Below, piece after piece: positions 12,001 through 16,385 of a stretch of DNA of 16,385 nt; the stretch's first letter is position 1, and each line of letters starts with the position of its first letter. The position numbers were made by a program, and so were the translations under genes. Below the pieces are notes generated by a model, which was given only the letters and a program-made list of their open reading frames with translations, was not told the origin of the DNA and did not search any database. The stretch spans positions 16,026-32,410 of the forward strand of contig JBBSVW010000035.1 in assembly GCA_038046605.1 (NCBI GenBank), read 5' to 3'. The DNA is from Candidatus Micrarchaeota archaeon. Its GTDB lineage: Archaea > Micrarchaeota > Micrarchaeia > Norongarragalinales > SBBD01.

Positions 12001-15000
12001 GGTCGTTATTTGAGCTTGATCTGTTTGCAAGCGAGGCATTTCCCGCAATTAGGTTTATTTGGAGAGTGTCCTTGGTTATTGTATAAGTGGTTCCCAGGGA
12101 TACTGTGGTCGTATTTAGATTGCCGTCGTTGTCGAAGATCGTGAAATTGTAATACCATGAGCCGATGTCATCGCATCTCCATGCCTGCGAGAAATTAGCA
12201 TAATTCCAAACGCCATTGGAGGTCACATTAGATGTGTTCAAAACCGTCCAATTGACAAGCCCATCGGGGGATTTTGAAAGGTTGACAGTCAGATTGTGGA
12301 ATTGCGAATAAACTGCAACTGAAAACTGTTTGCGGAAACCAAATCCGGAAGAGGAAGGAGTAACTGAAACATTCTGGTATTGCGGAGTGTCGGTACAGGA
12401 GAAATTAACATAATAAAGCCGGCCCTTGTGCTGCGCAAAGTAGGTATTGTTTGTGGCATTGAATTGGAACTGCTGGTTGTATTGCGCGCCAAGGGGAGTT
12501 GCGAAGGAATAATTATAAGCAAGCGAACCCGATGTGCCATCGGCTGTGAGGTTTATGGCATTACCCCATCTTGCAAACCCTGTTCCGGATGCAAACAATG
12601 CGGTTGTGAAGCCCTGTGGAGTAATAGTTGAAGGGTAATATTCTGTGAAATTATACAAATAGCCTACCCTGTTGCCCTTGTTGAATATGGCGTTGCTGAC
12701 ATTGAATGTGCCGCATGAAAATGAGGACGGGAAGCCTGAAATCCAAGGACCTGCTGGATTCGATGCATATGCCCTTGAGGTCTTAAGGAATGGGCCTTGT
12801 ACTACAAGAGCAAAGCGATTATCGTCCAGTTTGAATCTAATGGGGGGACCAGTTGCGGTCTCACCTTGCGATGAACCCCTAGCGCTAAAGAAATAGCGCT
12901 TGCCTCCGGGTTGGAAATCAGGAGTAGCTGAAACATTTGTTGTGAAGGAGAATTCTAAACGGGCCCCCTCCTGCAACTGCCCCAAGGATTCCATTTTGAT
13001 AACCCAGCCTTCCGCCACCGAGCCAAGCGGATAGCCGGGCCTTGGAAGGACTGAAGTGAAATTATAGGGTTTGGAAAAACCATGTGCCAATTCCGATCTA
13101 ACTATATGCATGTTTGCATCCCTGTCTCCAGCAGAGCTCCCGCCTTGGAAAATGAGCCGCGTATTTACATTGATGGTTGAGTTCTGGTTCACAGATGCAT
13201 TAGGGAAGTAAGTAATATTGTTGCCCGAAAAAACCACTGTCGGGAATGTGTTGTCGGCTTGCGCGGATGACTGGGAAATGGTCCTCACTTCCGAAACGGA
13301 TTTTGAATTCCCCGCCCACGAAACTGTGGTGGTAAAGGAATGGTCCAAGCCCGTGAAATCAATTGGCCCCCAGGAAAGTATTGCGCCGAAGCATTCGGAA
13401 GTGGCAATGGGAATATTGCTCCACCTTGCAAATGAGCCATCGCCCGAAGTATTTGCGGGGGTTGCTGCAATAAATGTGAAATAGGCACTTGGAAATTCAA
13501 GGTCTATTACGGCATCTGTTATTGGGACATCACCGTAATTGCAAACGGCAATGGTCATGTTGAAATCTTCATAAGTATCCTCGGTAGTCGTGCCCACATA
13601 ATCGTCTGACGCGGTATAAATGACCACTGGCTCGCTTGCAAGAGTGAAGGTTTTTGCATAAGTGTTTTGCTGGAAAGGGCTCTTGACCAAAACTTGGGAG
13701 GTATATGTTTTGGAAGTATCCGCATCGTCTGGCACCCATACCCTCCATAACACCGCGGATTCGTTAAAAAATGGCGTGGTGTTGTGCTGATAGCCGGAAA
13801 TTCCAATTGAAATGGATTGGGAAGCGCCTTCCTCCATGTACCAGTCTTTGCTTGTGCTGCCATCGAGAATAGAAAGCGTCACATTGGCATTTAACGCATT
13901 TGTCTCATTATAGTTGAAAAGAGGCATTGCTATGTAGCCTATACTTCCGGGTATGAGTATGCTTGAGATGCCAGAATTATCCTTTACGGACATTTCCCTA
14001 TTTGCGACTTCTATATTCGAACAATTCCGGACAGTTACGGATACTATATTGCTTGAGAATTGTACGACCCCGTTTCTAAGCTGCATGTAAGTTCTAAGAT
14101 TATATGAGCCGGTTGCTTGCGGTTTGATTGTGAAATTTGTTGAACTGAACCCAAAAGTAGGAGAAGTTGTGGTGGCAGTCCAACTAACATCGTGTGGATT
14201 CATGTCTCCGGCCCAGAAGACCCAGTTGCTTGCGGGAAGGCTAGCGTAGGGGCCTCCGGTTGAAACCTGAATTGATACATTGTCTACATCTGTTCCAGTG
14301 GATCCCTTGACTATTCCAACAGATAAGTTATAGGTATGGTTTGCGCAAAGGACTGCCGGATCCCAAGGATACGGGGTTGCAGCAGAGTATGTTTCATTGA
14401 AATAAAAAGTTAAGTCGTGTATGAAGAAACGATCATCAGCGCCAATTGTCCAGTTGCGTGCCTCCTCGAATGAATTGCCCGAATTATATTCTATTTTCAT
14501 CCTTCCAGCCAAGTAGAGCATGGGGGAAATCGGAGGCGGCTCGTAGGAGTATTGAATGGTTTTTTCCTGGCCTGCCATCAAATTCCCAAGGGGGAATTTT
14601 ATCTGCTTGTAGCCGTTGCCCAAATCAGTCACATCGAGGGATGAGGGCCCAAAGACAAATGAAGAGGGGAGGTATTCGTAGGCAGTGGCGTTAAGCACAT
14701 CGCTTGTAGGAGTGATTTCAATTGTTACGGGCGTTAGCCCAAGCTGGATTAGTGTTGGCTCCCTCCGTTCGATATCAAATTGCCTACTTGCCCTGGCTTC
14801 AAATGCATCTGAAAAATCGGAATCGATGCCAACTTCGGGCTTTTGCGCGCGGGCATAGATGAAATATGCCCCGATTTCATCTACAGGGTATTGCAAGGAG
14901 TATTCCCCATTGTAATTGTCTGAGATGATTCCCGGATAGGTGGTGAAATTGTATTGCGCGCCAGTTGGGGATGTAATTTGCACATCAATGGTTGCCGAAT

Positions 15001-16312
15001 CCGCCCTTGAGCCATCGGGATTCAGGACTCCAATTGTTATGTTTGCAATTTCGCCTGGAAGGTAGATGCTGCGCTCCGTATTGATGTTGACAAGGCCAAG
15101 GGCAAAGCCCTCCTCCTCGCCATAATCGGAAATTTCAATAAGCGATTCGCCGGCTGCAAGCGGGCCAAAGAGCGCAAGGTCGCTTTGGGCATCAGGGGAA
15201 TTTGCCGCTTTTGCCCCAAAGGGGGGAAGCGAAACTGTTGTTGGTGAAGGCAAGGTTTCAGCAGAATGCAAGGGCGCTTCTGAAGGGGAAGGAGTTGCAG
15301 ATGGGAAAGGGGTTGATTCAATTATTCCTGTTGGGGAAGGAGAAGGAATTGCACCTATTGACTCCGTCGGGGTTGGAGATGCAATTGATGCAGGCGCATC
15401 CATTGGGGAAGGGATGGGGGAGGAAATTTCAGTTGGGGATGGGGAAATCTGGTTGGTAGCATTAGCCTCATCCAAAATTATTGGTATGGCAGTTAGTGTG
15501 CTTCCAGTCAGGATTGGGATTCCAGTTGCAGCCGGTTCGGGCGTTGGGGCAACGGGTTTGGGCGTTGGGGGCGCGCCATTTGCTGGATCATCCAAAGCCT
15601 TATTTCCCGCCCCTAATTTCACCTTCTTCTTGAAATTCGCAACAAATTTCAGGTAATAGTAGCCTGGCCGGAATGCATTTTGGGATGGGATCTCAAAGCG
15701 CTTTCCATTGGGGCCATCGGCCAGGGCGACCTCAATTTCGGCTCCATCACTTGCAACAAGGAATGCCTGGAACTTGCCACCGGCTATTTTCTTGCTCTCA
15801 TCATCAAGGAAATCAAGATCGAATGAGATGCTCTCGCCAATCTTGTAGCTTTTCTTCTTGTTTGAAATGATTGCCTGGAATTTGGTTGGCTTTTTGCGGA
15901 TTAATCCCGATAAGTTTAAAGCGGTGCCGTTTAGTTCGGTTGAATTTGTGATGTTCATGCCGGTTTGGTTCAATATTGATTCGTTAAGGGTTAGGTTTGC
16001 TTGGGGAAGCTGCGTTAGGTTGATTGCCAAATACAAATCGCTTATGACCATCAGGGCAGTATCAAAATATCCTGTAAAATTTTCTTTGCTTACCCTAAGG
16101 GAATGGAATCCTTCGGAAATGTTTGTGAAATTGGCAGGGGATGGGAAGGGCGCAAGATCATCCAGGGATATTTCCGCATCTGCCGGGATGGCCTCCACAA
16201 AAACATTCCAGGTTGCATTGGTGAAATTGTATGCAATTGCGGTTGGCGAAGGCGAAATGGACGGCTCAACTGATGGGGATGGGGAAACATTCACAGATGG
16301 TTCTGGTGAAAA
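2..16312 (-). CDS. Giant (>=5,437 aa, 3'-partial) repetitive, Cys- and N-glycosylation-sequon-rich surface/secreted protein with tandem Ig-like beta-sandwich domains (adhesin- or S-layer-associated-like)
   Basis: Manual translation of the minus frame whose codons occupy p..p+2 with p mod 3 = 2 gives coherent protein at both ends (16312: FSPEPSVNVSPSP...; near base 2: ...SLARPLGVNYTRGSRVPVDF) and in every section translated between them. No minus-strand ORF in the supplied track lies in this frame, consistent with no internal stop. In the 336-bp duplicated block, 14 of 18 mismatches are at third codon positions of this frame. First in-frame starts after the TAA are GTG 16294 and ATG 16051; neither has an obvious RBS or is followed by a signal peptide. 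Confidence 0.95.
4000..6870 (-). repeat. Copy 2 of the ~2.9-kb tandem DNA duplication
   Basis: Matches copy 1 as above; the indels seen are in frame (e.g. CSAGSGTNL vs CSTYTNL). Confidence 0.85.
4611..4946. repeat. 336-bp near-identical direct repeat, copy A (partner 7506-7841)
   Basis: Base-by-base comparison: 18 mismatches in 336 bp (~95% identity), no indels. Confidence 0.95.
6870..9760 (-). repeat. Copy 1 of a ~2.9-kb tandem DNA duplication (three repeat units)
   Basis: Many exact or near-exact matches to ~4000-6870 at offsets of 2889-2895 bp (e.g. 7506/4611, 8066/5171, 8220/5325, 8303/5414, 9186/6291). Boundaries are approximate. Confidence 0.85.
7506..7841. repeat. 336-bp near-identical direct repeat, copy B (partner 4611-4946)
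   Basis: Same comparison; offset 2895 bp (965 codons). Confidence 0.95.
14792..15097 (-). other. Macroglobulin MG2-like Ig domain
   Basis: GLVNINTERSIYLPGEIANITIGVLNPDG...IDVQITSPTG...GEYSLQYPVDEIGAYFIYA resembles the MG2 (PF01835) motif TDRPIYRPGETV...I.DP.G...G.Y.I.A. Recognised by eye. Confidence 0.6.
15200..15590 (-). repeat. Pro/Ser/Thr-rich low-complexity linker 2 (~130 aa)
   Basis: Translation includes APPTPKPVAPTPEPAA...ISPSPTEISSPIPSP...SPTPTES...PSPSPT...SATPSPSE...LPSPTT. Confidence 0.85.
15611..15885 (-). other. Ig-like/MG-like domain (KKSYKIGESISFDLDF...FRPGYYYLKF)
   Basis: Y-x-x-G-E-x-I-x-F start and PG-x-Y-x-L tyrosine-corner-like motif typical of beta-sandwich domains. Confidence 0.5.
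16016..16210 (-). other. PEGA-like domain within the giant protein
   Basis: WNVFVEAIPADAEISLDDLAPFPSPANFTNISEGFHSLRVSKENFTGYFDTALMVISDLYLAINL follows the PEGA pattern (V.S.P.gA.V.iDg...tP.....l.pG.H.v.v.K.gy). Recognised by eye, not by HMM. Confidence 0.65.
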
Positions 16313-16385
16313 TTAAGGAGAGGGGGATATGGATTGCTCAATTGAAGCATAAGGGGTAGGCGACATGGTAGAGGTCGGCATGGGG
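16229..16385 (-). repeat. Ser/Pro/Thr-rich low-complexity linker 1 (SPSP-type motifs)
   Basis: Translation PMPTSTMSPTPYASIEQSISPSP*FSPEPSVNVSPSPSVEPSISPSPT. Confidence 0.85.
16313..16385 (-). CDS. 5'-partial in-frame upstream segment (PMPTSTMSPTPYASIEQSISPSP*), probably the N-terminal part of the same giant gene, ended by an in-frame TAA
   Basis: Same frame as the giant ORF, with the same Ser/Pro/Thr linker composition on both sides of TAA 16313-16315. Confidence 0.7.
   Translation of the reverse strand, partial: PMPTSTMSPTPYASIEQSISPSP

Larger units (their letters stand above)
2..12385 (-). repeat. Tandem array of >=13 ~317-334 aa repeats, each with three predicted beta-sandwich domains (A: GGWG...FNVTV.D...CxxC...C.D.G.W.F.FNAT; B: GN.S.V.R...WVTTNG..YD.G...N.SG...F.P.C.Y..G.Q.W...CY; C: P.G..Y..G.NVT...D.CG...C...G.YNC.F.T...G.YN...NASK.YY)
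   Basis: The G-W-G-type anchor recurs at about 12338, 11342, 10340, 9389, 8432, 7445, 6494, 5543, 4550, 3584, 2618, 1655 and 668, spaced about 951-1002 bp apart and always in frame. The last unit is cut by the window edge in domain C. Confidence 0.92.

Noticed and set aside
14570-14600. Apparent frameshifts at homopolymer runs (here and near 4260)
   Set aside because: Recounting the bases shows the frame is preserved (KFPLGNLMAGQEKT; FIYGQNSYVNRS).
14792-15097. Alpha-2-macroglobulin call for the whole protein
   Set aside because: Only an MG2-like motif is seen; no thioester CxEQ motif or A2M domain order was found in the translated sequence.
16313-16315. Genome-wide stop-codon reassignment (alternative genetic code)
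   Set aside because: There is only one in-frame stop in about 5,460 codons and no in-frame TGA or TAG; a reassigned codon would be expected to recur.
397-16316. All short ORFs in the supplied track (60-155 aa, both strands)
   Set aside because: They overlap the giant minus-strand frame as antisense or off-frame shadows, have no recognisable protein features, and repeat only because the underlying gene repeats.
1-16385. CRISPR array, tRNA/rRNA, IS elements, promoters or terminators
   Set aside because: No short regularly spaced repeats with unique spacers, no RNA gene signatures, no transposase, and no intergenic DNA. The G/T skew of the + strand is explained by Asn/Thr/Ser/Pro codons on the minus strand.

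Overview
The window is almost entirely one giant minus-strand reading frame, open from 16312 down to base 2 (5,437 codons) and running off the left edge with no stop. That is why it is missing from the ORF track; every listed ORF is an off-frame or antisense shadow. It encodes an Asn/Thr/Ser/Cys-rich, beta-rich protein that looks like a secreted or surface glycoprotein, most likely from an archaeon of DPANN type (inference). From N to C: Ser/Pro/Thr linker, PEGA-like domain, Ig-like domain, second Pro/Ser/Thr tract, MG2-like domain, about 790 aa of non-repetitive beta domains, then at least 13 tandem ~320-aa repeats of three domains each (A-B-C). The repeats form a ~965-aa three-unit super-repeat. 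Paired cysteine gains and losses suggest disulfides linking neighbouring domains. A single in-frame TAA at 16313-16315 interrupts the N-terminal linker. No RNA genes, mobile elements or CRISPR arrays were seen.
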